A stretch of DNA of 64,000 bases from Ptychomitrium polyphyllum (taxonomy: Eukaryota). The notes below the pieces were generated by a model that saw nothing but the letters and a program-made list of their open reading frames with translations, was not told where the DNA came from and ran no database searches. A program made the position numbers and the translations under genes. Shown here in pieces: positions 40,601-54,800 of this stretch (the first letter of the stretch is position 1; each line of letters starts with the position of its first letter). The stretch spans positions 19,840,001-19,904,000 of the forward strand of contig OZ316775.1 of the NCBI GenBank assembly GCA_973851085.1. Direction: 5' to 3'.

Positions 40601-43600
40601 CTCTTAAAATTCTTTTGCATTTTGAAAAAATTTAATCATTAGGATACTTTTAAGCATTTAGAAGTTGAACTTTAAATATCTGTTGTAATTTTTTTTTTTT
40701 ATTAATTTGTCTTTCATATTGAATCATGATGCATTTGATAAATAATTAATTTTCATTTATCTAATAAAATGAAAAAAGAAAAATTAACTCACTTGGAATT
40801 ATACGACAACTAAATCGTTGCCTTGTACTTCCTTGTAAATGTCCAATTAAAGGACTTACTCGAATTGCTTGTTTTCGTACAATTGGACTCAAATCAAGCT
40901 CAAAATCAAAATGAACTTTTCCACTATTTCTCAAAACAAGATTCTTGTCATATGTAACTTTGTTGTATAGTTTTTTTCCAACATCTAATTTCATGTGATT
41001 TATACTATATGTAATAACAGATGATTCTGCTTCTAATGAAACAAAATATTCTGGACCGTTCTCAACCTACAACATATTGGTGCTATTGCATATTAAAAAC
41101 AAATTGGACCATTTTGTCAAGATCACATCAGAAATTTCAGATGATAAACTTAATTATCAAATTTCTTTGAAAATAATTTAATAAATAAACTTATACATTA
41201 TATTTACTTATTTGTCAGTAAATGATATAATACTTGTATGTACGTTTTTATTAAAATTTATACAATAAAAGTAAATAATAACAATAATACTATTTTTTTT
41301 AATTATAATTTTTTTAATTAAGTTATTTTTTTGCATACCCTGCAAACAGCTACAGCTTTAACTTTATAACCAGGATAAGCATAAAATGAAGCTTCTACTA
41401 TTTCATGTTTTCCAGGGTCTAAAGTAGCTCGAATGGGAAGAAGATCAAATATTTCATTCAATGGAACTCTTAAGCCTTTTGCTTTTTTTCTAGCTTCTAA
41501 AGGAACTATTATATCTTGTTGTGGATCATGGTCATAAAATGCCCAAGTATAATTTACTTGCATAGCACTTGGATTTTTAATTGTCATCTGAAGCCTTTTA
41601 CATGTGTGTTCTATTACAGCCCTATGTCAACAAAATGGGTTCAAATTTCAAATTTAATATACACTTATAAATCAGGAATCATGAAGTTAATAAACTTCTT
41701 AATACTCTTTTGAGAATCTTTTGAATTACACTTCTTAACTTTATTTTCAAACTTATTCCAATTTTGACATATATTAGTGAAATATGAATATTTTCATTTT
41801 TAGTATTTAGATAACTATTGTTTATTATATATGATAGTTTGATGTCTGGTTACTTGATTAGTTTATTTTTTGGTTGAGAATATTTTAATGTTATATTATA
41901 CAGCAATCAACAACTTATCTTAAATGAAAGATTAAAATCATAATAAACTTTATAACAGTTATTTCAAATTAGCTAATACATAGAACTTATAATCGAAGCA
42001 CATAAATTTTTACAGAATTAAATGATCGGTTTCACATACACATATTTGATACTGAGTATAGGTGGTTTTAGTTTTATTTTAAAAAACCAATAAATAAGAA
42101 TAACAGATTATATATGAATTTGTATCATATAATTGCATTGCGTGAATTAAATTTTTTTAAATTTTTTAAAAAAACACAGTATTATCATATAAAATGCTTA
42201 AGTGTATATTAATATAAGAAATCGCACTTGTATTGTATCTATTACAATTTTGAGTCTAAATTGAATGAAAAATAATAGGACAAATAGTTCAAAGAATGCA
42301 AGCAAAAGAGGGATTTGAAAGTTTTTGAAGTTTGTACTTGGTATCACATTTTCCAAAAAAATATTAAATAATTGTTTAACTTTACAATTTATCAATCTAT
42401 GAATACAAGGACACTCACTCAAAATTTAAGTGGTTGGTTGATAATCTTAGATTGGGAAAATGTATCTCTCCAATCATATCAAGGGTATCTCGATGTACTG
42501 TATCAATGTATACAACTTCAAATTTGCTCATGTATATAGTGCTTTTTTTCACAGAAGGAGTTTGCCACTCAAATGAAAGATCCAACGTAATGCACTCTGT
42601 AGGTTCTAGTTTAGCATCTTCTATGCTGCATTCAAATGGTGGCTTTACTATAAACTTCATATACAATGGTTTAACAAAAACATTTTGACATGTAAGTTGT
42701 GTAGTGCTTTTCTCTGGATGTGCCTTTCCATCATTTAGTTGAACAAAGCGTATTTCTCGTTTTGAAAACAACAATTTTGTTCCAACAACATCAGCATCTA
42801 CTTCTAAATTGTATGCTTGTTCTCTTTGTTTTCCAGTAACTACACGGCATAAAAATACTTCCTTTACAAAACCAGTAGATTGGAAAGTTCCTGTGCAATT
42901 GTATATGAACTAAATTAAATCAAAATTATTTAAATATATAAAATCAAGCTAAATTAGTATATAATCTTCAAAGTGAATCGTATTTTGATTTTGGATGTGC
43001 CCCTAATGTAGCTTCAAAAGTTTGACTTTATTTTGTGTTGAATCATTTAACAACCAATATAATTTATGTAAATAATTAGAATAAAGTTTATAAATTTAAT
43101 TTAAGGATAAATTGTTTATAAAACTAATACAAGTATTTGGCACATCCATACGTATGGAACAAAATCACAATGAATCACTTAGTCGAGCATTTTAATTTTG
43201 TTTCAGTTTGTGATATTATTCAGATGTTTTGATATTGATAACAAAAGATCATTTCATGGTTGCAAATCATACCTGTACATTGGAAACTAAATGATGTGTG
43301 TGGCGGTATTGCCACTTTTAATGGTGCAAATGCAAATACATTTTTAAAAGATTTTTTCATTTTGGTATCCATATCCCAAGTGACACTTTGAATATATCGG
43401 CCTTGGTTGTTAATTTCAAAAGGCTTTGTTACAATACTATGACTAAGTTGTGTACCAAAGTGTAAACCTCCATTTGCTAAAGCATCTGATGTTAGTGTAG
43501 AACCTTGACCACTAGCTATCAAGTTTATAGAATATTGGCCTCCTTCAGCTGTGATAAGAACCTTGTCAACAAATCTTTTGGTATCATCAAGACAAGCTGT

Positions 43601-46600
43601 TACCTGTTGCATTTGAATAGGTTAAATTTAATTGTTAATGCATATAAAATATTCAAATGTTCATATATACTATTATAATAGATACAATAATTGTGTATTT
43701 GACTTATAGAAATATATACAGCAGTAATATGTTTTCAAATGTTGTACTTACTTCTACTTCAAGATAACCAAATGGTGCAATTGTTGCTTTAGAATGACTA
43801 ACTTTAAAGACATAAATTTTATTTGAAAAAGTAACTGATGCTGGAATACAACACATATTTCTGACAACAAAACTTCTCATACGTTTCTCAAGAACAGGAA
43901 TTCTACCAAAGTCCAAAATAGGAGACCACGATCTTTCATCTTCCACGCGGTCTTGCCCGTGGGATGGTTTTGGTGGAGCATCCCAACCTTTAGGCTCCAA
44001 TCTTAGAATTGGACCTATAAAAGTTAATGTTATTTCAAACTAGTAAGTAAAGACATATATGTTAATTTAAGAAAGATAAATCACTTCAATAATTAAGAGC
44101 TCTAAATGACTTAATACTGTTTCTTAAATGTACACATATACAAGTTTTCACTAAATATTTTAATCATTTATATTATTAATAAAAAAAAGGTTCAGCGAAA
44201 TTCACAAACCTATTGATAAAGCCTCAATTCGTAAGGGAATTTTTTTTTCGTACACTCCACCGCCCGGCAAAGTAATGACAACTACTACAAATGAAATCTC
44301 ACCCAAAATAGAGGTGGCAAGTGTATATTCAATGTGAGTTGAACCTTTTGCAGGTACTGGACCTTCTAAAGGCTTGCCAGTCAATGTTGCTGTAGAAGAT
44401 GTTTGTGAATCTTGAGGTTGGATTGCAAACTTGCCAACAACTTCTGTCTGGTTATTAATAATACAAGTCCTAATATATTCATACCGGATGAAGCATGTCC
44501 CAAAATCTAGATAGTCGCTATCTAGTCCAAGCTGTTCTTAAATAGCATACACTCTATGCATGTTAGCTCCCGTTGACATAAAGTAGTGTAGTGTGTCTAC
44601 ACTAATAGAATATGACCATACAAAAAAATCAAAATCCGAGTTACATATTTATTAATTACAAATGCTAAAAGGTTTGTAAATCATACAGAGTAAATGGAAG
44701 AAGCAATGAAATTTGTAATCACACCTTTGCAACTGCAGCTTCCCCTGATAGAGGAATAACTGTGTAGATCTCATTGATTTCAAGCAAAAATATATGCAAA
44801 GATCCAGTATATTTCCGCACTGCAGTGGGATTTAATGATACTATCACTGGTTGTGAAGCCTGTGAAGTGTGAATTCCAGTATAAGAGACATGGTCATGTT
44901 GCCACCATGTTTGAAGTAAGTCATCATGCTCAGTTCAAACAATTTTTGTCAATCTTATTGAAATGTGAGATTGATGCCACACGTTATTTTGTATTATCAC
45001 CTTTCTATATTGTAAATTGAAGAAGAATGATTTTTATTTATGAGAAAAACTAGCGTGAATCTATATATGTTCTTTCTAAACACATAATCTATGCATTCCT
45101 TGAATGCCTTTTTGAATTTGTTATTCAACCCTTTTATTTAGAAATTGAATAAAGTTTGTAGAATATACAAAATTAACAAGAAAAAAGTTTTAGATTTTCC
45201 ATGCCTGTGGTTTGATATTACAAATTTCAGGAGATACCAAGAATCCATCGCATTGGTCATTTTGCATAATGTAGAATTTGAAATTCAATGGAGCTTCACT
45301 ACAATTGCGCACATTAAAGGTGAATCGAGAACCAAAGCCAAAGCCGATGACACCAAAATCAATTGCTTTTGTGTCAATGCATACCAAAGGATTGCCAACC
45401 TTGCCTCGAAAAAATAAAGCAGGATTAAATTGAGTACCCTCAACATTCCACACAAACTTTGTCTCAAATGTTCCACGCAGTTGTGTATAACAACTTACTT
45501 TAATGGGTTGTGATTGCTTAATTGGGATAAATCCCTTTGTTGGTGCAAACTTGAACTTTGTTGCATTTGTATCAGTGTAACAAAGTTGGAATTTTGCCTG
45601 CGTTTTATTAAAAAATCATTCTTTATGCGTGAGCAGAGTTGTTCTAAAGTCAAAAAAAAGAAAAATCTTTGCAACTTGAGGGTGAAATTTTTAGACTAGA
45701 AGAAAAATTCAAAATCCTAATCTTTTTCTAAATTATAAAATAAGCAAGTATGCATGAAATACTAATTTTCTATATAAAGAAGTAGTTTTCAGAGTTTTTT
45801 CATTAGTGGTTTTATAAAACATAGAAGATTGTAGATGTCAAATAGAACTGGTGTAATAGTAAAAAAATATTATATTTGGATTAGCAATAGAATATAGAAA
45901 ATAAGTAATATAAAGGGTTGAATTATTTATATTTTAGATAATTCTACTACATATCAAAATCAGATATTATATTTTAATATGAAAAACGTAAAGAATTCAA
46001 ATGAACTTTCAATTAACTTTTGAAGCCTCTTTTAAAAGCCTATAATATAAGGTACATGAAATACATAATATTTTTCTAAAGAAAGTTTTCTGCTACAGTA
46101 TTGGCACATGGGATAAAACCTCCGATTCACTCACTTCCATATCACCTAAGTTTTGAAGTTGCACTTCATAATCATAGGATGAAAAAAGATAAAGGTCTTG
46201 TAAATCAAGCTTGCATGGAACAAATTGAGTAACAGGCCCAACTCCAGTGCCCTCTAATTGCACTGCTATACGTTCAGATTTCCCAGAAATTTTGCAATAC
46301 GCTTTGCAATAATACCTATACACATGCCATGTCATGATTATATCAACTTCAATAACCTTCATGCTAAGAAACATGAAACAATGTACACAAATTTTTACAA
46401 ACATTACAGACAATAGTAATTGCAAAGAATCAAAAAATCATAAACATAAAGTTCCACATGATTTCGAAAACTTGGACGAAATATTGTCTAAAATTCAAAA
46501 TAATCCACAAAAGATACATTTAATAATGAATGAAACGTAGAGAATGTAAATTGTGCTATTTGAACTGCAGTGATTACTTGAACGCACGAAGAGGTGTAAA

Positions 46601-49600
46601 AGTGATGGTAATCTCTGTTCTACTGTTAGGCCAACATTCTCCATTTGCTGGACTCAGTATGAAGGCCTGCAAATTTGCGCAACTTTGGCCAAATTTGTGT
46701 TACTGTGAAATGCACGTACATGGTAAAAGAATTTGGTTGAATTTCAGTATGCATGTTTCAACATGCCAAGTACAAATATATGTTGTAATCTACCTTCTCA
46801 ATGTTATCTTCAGCTTCACAAGGGCTACTAGCTCCTTCGGGTGTGCCTAGAGGACTTGAGCTTTTATCAAGTGTGAACACACCTGCCCCCCGGGGGTAGC
46901 CTTTGTCTGAGGCCTCCACCTGTGCAGTGTAGGCTGCATCTTCCTTCTCCGTTGCAAATCTGGTCAAGCCCGTCCAATTGAAACCTGCCATATTCAGTGA
47001 TAGCAGGCTCTGACTTTAAACCAGTATTTACTCATCTAAAAAGCTTTTTGGATGCTCAAAATTATATATTTATTGAAGTTGATGCAATCGGTAATTTACA
47101 TTGATAAGGTGCGTGGAGTTCCAAGGCTTAGTTGGATATGTTGCCTTTTTAATATAATAAAGTATGATAAAAAAATAAAATGCAGATTACATTCACTGTA
47201 CGGCATAGAGAGGGGGGCATAATTTATTATAGAGCAAACGAACTTGTTAAACTTGTCAAAGCTGTTAAAGATGATTAAACATATTATGTGATATCTCTTG
47301 ATATTGAAAACATGTAATCTAAATACAACTTATGGCACCAAAATTAATTAATGATTCTAACATTTCAAATGTAACAACCTGATGTCATATATATTAAAGA
47401 TAAAGTTAATTTTTGAACTTTACTTTTCCCATATGAAGTATGCAATCACAGACGAATAGTTTTGCACATGTATGACCATTTGAGAACTTCTCCTTATATA
47501 TGTAGGCACAGCTATTGCAATATTTGCAGATAAACCTACATCCAACTGGTAACATTTTTGGTTGTCATTAGATAATTGTAATCAACTCAAAATAATAAAT
47601 AAACTAATTTAATTTTAACTTTTTGTAATATTATGTTTTAATTCACTTACAACAAACTCAAATGCAAAGATTCTTTATAAAGAAAAACAAAAGAAATATT
47701 GTGAATTGGGATAAAAACTAGTCAATGATAAGATTCAAGAAAGAATAGAATAATAGATAAATAAAAAACTTAATTACAAACTACAAATACACAACATCAA
47801 TAATGGTAGATACAATGATGTAAGATATAAAGTACATACACTCAATAAATTATATGTTGAACTATTTCTAAGGTTATGTAGATGATTAAGTATAATATAT
47901 GTATTCAATGATATTTGGAGATTTTTCTATTTTGTAATGTTAATTATTGATCATTCTTGCATTAATGTTTATTTTTGTTCAACAATTTTCTCATCATACA
48001 TGTTAATAAGCAAACATAGTTTTGAATACATGATGGAAATATATTGATTGTATATAAACAAGTTTATATATGTATAATTGTAGGATACATATATTCTATT
48101 TTTCATAACCTTATATAAAATTCTTTGTTGTAACAATTATAGCAACGCATTCTTACCTTAAGATGTAAAAATTAATGCATGTGGCAACAAACAAATACAA
48201 ACGAGAATTAAAATTGATGAGATCATTGGCAAACATTATTGGATCAACATGAGCAAAGAATTTTTTCTCACTAAATATAATGCCTTCCTAACATTTTAAA
48301 CATTTCTTAATATAGGTAAAAATTGTGCAAACATCTTCCTTCTCATAGTTGATGGATCCTCTACTTCACAATTATTTAAGGATCCATAGTACATGTATAG
48401 CCGTTGATTGACTTTTATGCTTTTTTAATTCGATTAAATCTATTGTTCCCCATTTGATATTGTTATATTTTGAAAGTTTTATGGAAAGAATTCATGATTA
48501 AAAAGATCTGTGATCTTTAAAGAGAATATTCATTTTCTAAGAGTATAATTACCTCCAAACCCACACCATACAGTTTGCAATACATTCTTTCATCATTATT
48601 GTTGTAAGCAGCTATGAGCTCCCCTTCATGTACACCAACCAGAGGAGGACGAAATTGCACATAGACTTCTAGAAAATTCTCAGGTTCAACAGTGCCGCAT
48701 GTTGGAGATACTGCAAAAAATCCATTTATTCGCAATGCAAATTGAGCTGGTATTTGACCAAAATTGCGGAGCATGACATTCTTTGTGTACACCAAGTTGG
48801 CAGGGGTTTGCGGAAAATGGATTTCATCCGGCAGGTCCAAAATTGCTACACTTGTATTCACACAACAAATTGTCACGAGGATATATAATAAACCTAAGCA
48901 TGTTTTGTTATCATGTTCTTCTTAGCAATAGTACCATTTTATTTTCTAGGTCATAATGAAGCTAGCAATAGAAGCTTCATTCTACAAACAGTAGTTTTGT
49001 ACAAAAGTCTTATCCATAAATGGAGGTTGGTGTATGTGACTTTGATTATACTTTAAAAAAGATTTGGTTTAACAATGTATCAAGAGAGATAATTCATTTT
49101 GATATTGGTAATAGAATCCTTACATAGAAGAAAATATTATGTTTATTTTGTAAAAAATGGTTAATGATACTTATCAAAACATTGTATAAAATCTTTGTAT
49201 CATATATGTAATGTCTATTGGTATTTTAGAAGAACAAAAACACTTATAAAATTGTTGATTTAAGGTGAGTATGTATCAAAAAATATCCTTTTTTATTACT
49301 CTATAAGATTTTAAGGCAAAAAAATTACAAACCTACTATTCATTAGTCAATTATATGAAAATTTTACTAATTTCAAAAGAATATGTTTTAAGCTAAGTTA
49401 TAAGTATTTAAAAAAAAATTCAAAGTATTAAATATACACACTTTTTATTTAGGGCTTATATGAGGATCTAAAGGGACTAGATGTAAATAATGCTTCAATA
49501 CTTGCATCTAAATATTAAAAATTCTAAAGCTTTATTTGAAAAATAATGTTTAATTTTAAAAATATTCATTAAAATTTGATATTCCTTACATCCAATTTAT

Positions 49601-51812
49601 TTTCCATTTGTGATATTCTATAATTATACCACAATTTCATATTTATACCTTTTAAAACATTTTAATATATCATAAAAATTCAAATTAATTAGATAATCAT
49701 CTCCATATAACATATTTAATTAAAAATAATAATAAAGAAATAAAATTGACATGGATTCAACATATTATATAACCTTAAACTATTCAATGCCTATATCTTT
49801 TTATAGAAGTGATTTTTATTTCAAATTTAAACAAATACAGTTCTATTTTCATCCATAAATTGGATGTTGTTAAGTTAAATCAACAGTTTGATAAAATTAA
49901 AAAATTAAAAAATTGAATAGTATATGTATATATATAGTTTTCAGTAAATTCTTTACATTTGAAATATTGACTTATTCAACTTACAATTTATATGCTGATT
50001 AAGGTTAAAAGGTTTAACAATAGTTTAAAGACTAAACATTCAAATTCATAAAGTTTTTCTTGTCAACATACAAGATGTGTTATACTATGTTGTAAATGAT
50101 GGATTCTATTTGTAAAGTAGTTTTATAAATTAAATTTTGTTGCACCTCTTGCTCCATGGCATATTATAGGCACTTCAAATTTCTCTCGTTCAGTTACCAC
50201 CACTAAAGAAGCTTGTTGGTCATGTTCACTTTCCGGGCAAAAATTGACAACATACTGAATCTGTTCCATTAAATTTTGTAAATAATTGTATAGATTAGTT
50301 GTTTAAAAATACAAAAAGTTATTTGTGAAATACTTATTCACATGTATATGTATGATGAAATACACAAGATGTATTATTTTTGTTATGTCCTTGTACAGGT
50401 ATTCTCTAAAAGCAAATACCATTCCAAACTCAAATATTGTGATCACAATTAGTGCATTTGATTTTAGAATTTATAAAACTAAAATTTTACCTCCATTCCA
50501 GGGGCAACTTTACTTGTGCCCCTTTCATCAAACATTGTAAGTTCATGAGTATCAGGTGGGGCATACAATTGTACGTTGAGGTATTGTGATAGAAGTGGCA
50601 ATACTTGCACTCGCCGTGCAATCTGTGAATTGATACATAAAAATAAAAGTATATGTATGTGTAAATGTTTCAACAACAATATAATCTAAATATACATTTT
50701 TAAATATTTATATTCAATGTATTGCTTATTGTAAATACACTTATAATTGGCGTATAAGTTGTCTAAAATCTGCATTCCAAATGTTTTAGGGTGTATTGTA
50801 AAAAGTTGAGAAGTTGATTTTAAATATTTGAGAAAGTTTCAAGAAAATACCTTGTCATTGTTTCTAAGATTGAAAACCTCAGAGTATAGTTGAAATGGTT
50901 TATAGTTTCTAAAAACTATTTCAGGTGGAAAGGGTTGAAACAATGGGCAATCTTTCTTTACATGAGAAGATTCCTGTAAGCAGCCATACACAAAGTTATA
51001 TCACAACCATATGAATAACCAACTTATTTGACTTGCTTTCTACTGTTAACACTACCTTCCAATGTCTTCATATTGTGATGGTAGTGAAAATTTATCATTA
51101 GCATAAATCAACATGATTCTTATATATTTGAAGATTTTTTTTAAAATTAAAATTATAGTTGAATAGATGAATGATTTATTCTCATTGCAAGGTATGTAAC
51201 TTTATTTTTGTTAAACGAGAGTTCAGCACGTAAAATTGCAAGTGCAAAATAGGTCATATACACGAATAATTACTAATATTTGATATTGGTTATATTATTT
51301 CAGTACCAAATATTTTTTTTCGCAAAAATTATGATGCTCGATTATATAAGGCTTAGTCCGTATGGAGCCATCAATATAGGACACTTGAGGGTGCAATTTT
51401 GCTTCTACTACTTCACTTGGTTTTTTCTGCACATTAAAAATCACATATTCTCAACTCAATTATCATTCTCCTTGATTTTTCTTTTACTTAAATATGTATC
51501 AAAATATGATTATTAACATAATCCTTTATAAATGTTTAAAATTGGATTAATAGTATAAAAGCTATATGGCATGAATGAAACGATTATGTAACATTGTGTA
51601 ATTATGAAATTAGTGCAAAAGCTAACCTTCAATACATTAGGATGTGGATCACCATAAGATTTATATTTAATTGTGGCATCTGGCGCTCCAGTATTTGACT
51701 TTTTTGCTCTAGGTTTATCTCTTGGTCTACTTATATGCAAATTTGGAAGTGCCTTATCAAGCAGTTGGGGATTATCCCTCTCTTTTAAAATCCTTGATCT
51801 TATTGCTTCCAT
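24451..51812 (-). CDS. HYDIN: Hydrocephalus-inducing protein homolog (axonemal central-pair protein), 36 coding exons, about 5,010 aa
   Basis: Exons in transcript order: 51812-51627, 51426-51307, 50973-50851, 50622-50491, 50260-50146, 48845-48553, 47545-47424, 46959-46794, 46666-46578, 46315-46135, 45597-45205, 44859-44725, 44531-44210, 44014-43752, 43603-43273, 42890-42419, 41621-41339, 41066-40793, 40224-39565, 39365-39145, 38892-37921, 37816-37712, 37492-37322, 37167-34981, 34638-34463, 34281-34110, 33802-33500, 33229-32142, 31979-31742, 31532-30097, 28930-28099, 27846-27403, 27189-27067, 26853-26653, 26435-25470, 25188-24451. Total 15,033 nt, divisible by 3, all phases compatible. HYDIN hallmarks: LFQPFPPEIVFRNY..LRNNDK, KVAPGM, VTEREKFEVPI..GARAILDLPD, IEIYSLDFDPQYLIEDQILR, GAPFSGKT, TRWVIP, RPWCHF, many ASH (ASPM-SPD2-Hydin) Ig-like repeats (DFG..V...LxN), C-terminal WIFYLQGV. 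The start ATG is in acaATGG context with an in-frame TAA 33 nt upstream. Confidence 0.95.
31635..31694. repeat. (AT)n microsatellite, about 30 units, in HYDIN intron 29
   Basis: Uninterrupted AT run. Confidence 0.97.
36703..36729 (-). other. P-loop (GAPFSGKTT) of the HYDIN adenylate-kinase-like domain
   Basis: VIIYGAPFSGKTTQGRLLAKRY, followed by GVIFDG, in the largest exon. Confidence 0.85.
38605..39787 (-). repeat. Three copies of an approximately 36-aa protein repeat inside HYDIN
   Basis: CHHHYHRKSKSPLTGKLSPMAAEKGKGLKWHRRSF (39787-39683); CGHAYHKKSYSSLTG|PNSRMAKEKTKGLPWHRESF (39607-39304, split by an intron); CRHMLHRKSRSPLTGKFSPMALEVATGKSLPWLRQSF (38715-38605). Confidence 0.9.
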
Positions 51813-54800
51813 TGTAGCAAAAGCTCCAAGTTTTGTGTAGGTTTACTTCATAATTATTTATAATATTCCAACAATATAAAGAAGAAGCTCCAAACTTCTA
51901 TTATAATCATGCACTTTATAACTTCTATTTTGTTCTATTTTGTTTTTTTTAGAATAAAACTAATCATACATTTCACGTTTTTACAATTGCTTGTTAATGA
52001 AAGAACTGTTCTTTGTTAAAGATGTTTTTCTTGGATATTTGACACACTGAGATGAATGAGAGGATTTTTGTAAAAAGCATTACCTTGGTACATTGATGCA
52101 TTTTAAAAAACTATCAAATTTGAAATACTAAAAACTTATTTCAAGAAATATATATATTTACAAAGGTTGGGAGTGCATTGTAGTGCTATTGTAGGACACT
52201 ACATAATAAACACTTTCAAAATTTGGATTCTATAATATTTAAAGAATTAGTACAGAAGAAAAATAGAAAACCTCAAAGAAACCTACTCCATGATTTGCTT
52301 TGGACCATCTTTATTTTAAAGGTGGAACTTCAAAATGGATTCAACATCCATAGATAAATATGAAGTAATATCATCTTAAATTGATCACAATTAAATATAA
52401 CTTGTAATTTAATAAACTCAAGACTAAAGCATTCTACAACATTAAATATAATAATATCATCTTAAAACTTATATTTTAGGATAATATTTCATCTCTAATA
52501 TAATTCTACGCTTTTAACACTTAATTAAAAATTCCATAAGTTTCAAATTTAAAAAAAAAAAAAAAAAACTTTCTCAAACTATTTCAAAAGTTATCTATGT
52601 CCCTTTTCAATTGAATCAACTTCCTATTCATGTCTTTTCATAGAAAGAAACCTTTTTACATCATGAAATCAAGGTTTTACATACATTTATATTTATACAT
52701 GCTTTTATTGTGTACTTATTGTTTTAGCACATATAAATTTTAAAATTTTAAAACATCATAGGTGTAATTTATTTAAATATAGGCATTTTAGAACTTATGT
52801 GATTTTTTTTTTAAATATCAAAATTTTGAATTAATAGCATAAGTATTTGAAGAACATCTTTGACAACTCAATGCTAAAATCAAAATTAGTTAAGTCACAT
52901 ATTATGATTTGAAGATTATATAAAAAACATATATAAAATGCAGCATTTTTTTTAAAAATTATTATTTTGTGCCAAATTTGTCTTAATTCCTAATGAATTT
53001 GGATATTTTTAATTTAAAATTATACTTCAAAAACAATGTCATAGGTTCAAATGCAAATATGAGAATTTTAATTATACAATCTTTTAATAGACTTATTGTG
53101 GACAATATGAATAAAGTTTAAAATTATAAAGGAATATATAAATAAAAAATCATAATGATTCAATAAAATAATGGTTTTAAATTTTGAATGATGGCAGTTG
53201 AGAATTGAAATTTTGTAACTAAACCTAGTTATCTAAATACAAATCCAATTAGAAAGTTTTTAATATCATTTTAAAACAAATCAATGCAAAAATAAACAAT
53301 ATTAGAAATATAATTGATGTATTAAAAATGGCTTAAATTTTACAAATAAGAGGACACCATTGAAAAACCACTTATTGATCATTTATAGTTATGAAGTTTA
53401 CGAAGCAATATTCTTAGTGATTAAAATATATAGTATATTATTTTATTTTAATTTTATTAATTTTCATTGGCAATAGTAATGGTTTGCAGTGACCTTGAAT
53501 AATTTATTTGTACTTAAAAGACTATGTTACTTTGAATGTGTTTTTACTTTAATAAATTAATCTCAAAGTATTAAAGTGAAAAATGTTGAATTTTATTTTT
53601 GATTAAATTCTAATTTAAAAAAATGTTAATGAAAAATATAAGAAATCTGATTATTCAAATGTAATCTACCTACTAATATATACAACTTCAATTTGCATTG
53701 CAACTTTATATCTATAGACTATTAAATCGTTTATGATAAATTTTGAAAATACATACATCTTTAGATTTTTAAGGACTAAGCACATACTTATCATTTTTAT
53801 CAATTTCAAACTAAATTGCATAAAGTTGTAAAATTTTGCATTAAGTGGTTGTTCATTGTTTTGGAAATTCATTTAAAAACAATTCATACATGTTTTATGA
53901 AAGTATTTTTTTTTGATGATACATAAATATTACTAGATATTGCAATGTAATTGTATTAGAATTTTTTATTCAAACTAATATAGCCGCTGTTACTTCTTTG
54001 ATGTGATGGCATTTAATGCAAGTACTTGTATAATTGTAAAAACAAAAAAGTAAAATGATAAGCAATAAAAAAAAAATTAAAAAAAATTAAAAATAGTGGA
54101 CAACAAAAAATTAAAAATTAAATTCAAAAGTCAACTGTCAATAGATAATAGTCAATAGTAAATAATAAACAATTAAAAATAAAATTTTAATCATGAAAAG
54201 TAAAAACTAAAAAAGTAAAAATTAAAAACTAAAAAGTTAAAAATTTAAGCTAATTATAAGTACAAACGTACATATGAACAAATATTATGGGGTTAGTTTT
54301 TTTTGTTTTGAACAGAAATCTAAAAGTAGGTAGTAGAAGGGCCTATTAGACCCTTTGCAATTTATTAATGCTTGTAGTGCAATGAATATCAAAAGCATAA
54401 GAATGAAATAATATACTATATCATTAAAAATATTCTTGCATTAAAAAATATATATTAAAAATGCCATATGTAACCTTCTATTATTTTGAGTAATATGATG
54501 TATTGTTAAATATAATATTTTTTTTAGTGGTTAAGAGTCAAATTTGCTTTAATTGAATATTATTTCATACAAAAAAAATTATCAAATCTAAATTCAATGA
54601 ATATCTAAAATTTTGAGGAATTATGCCTATAATTCTTATATTTAACTTCTAAATTGTAAAGTAAAGCTTCCACAAATATATGTATAAGCATAAAAAAATT
54701 AATATTTGTATCATTAAAAAAGAAGATTGCAAAACTTACATGAAAAATATTAATTTCAATTATGTAATGTTTGAAAACACTATATTTAAAAAATCAACAA

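Noticed and set aside
25977..46850. Plus-strand ORFs overlapping HYDIN exons
   Set aside because: Antisense shadows of real exons, with no independent gene structure.
54060..54250. A-rich AAAAATT-like periodic tract
   Set aside because: Low-complexity sequence without a defined unit or boundaries.
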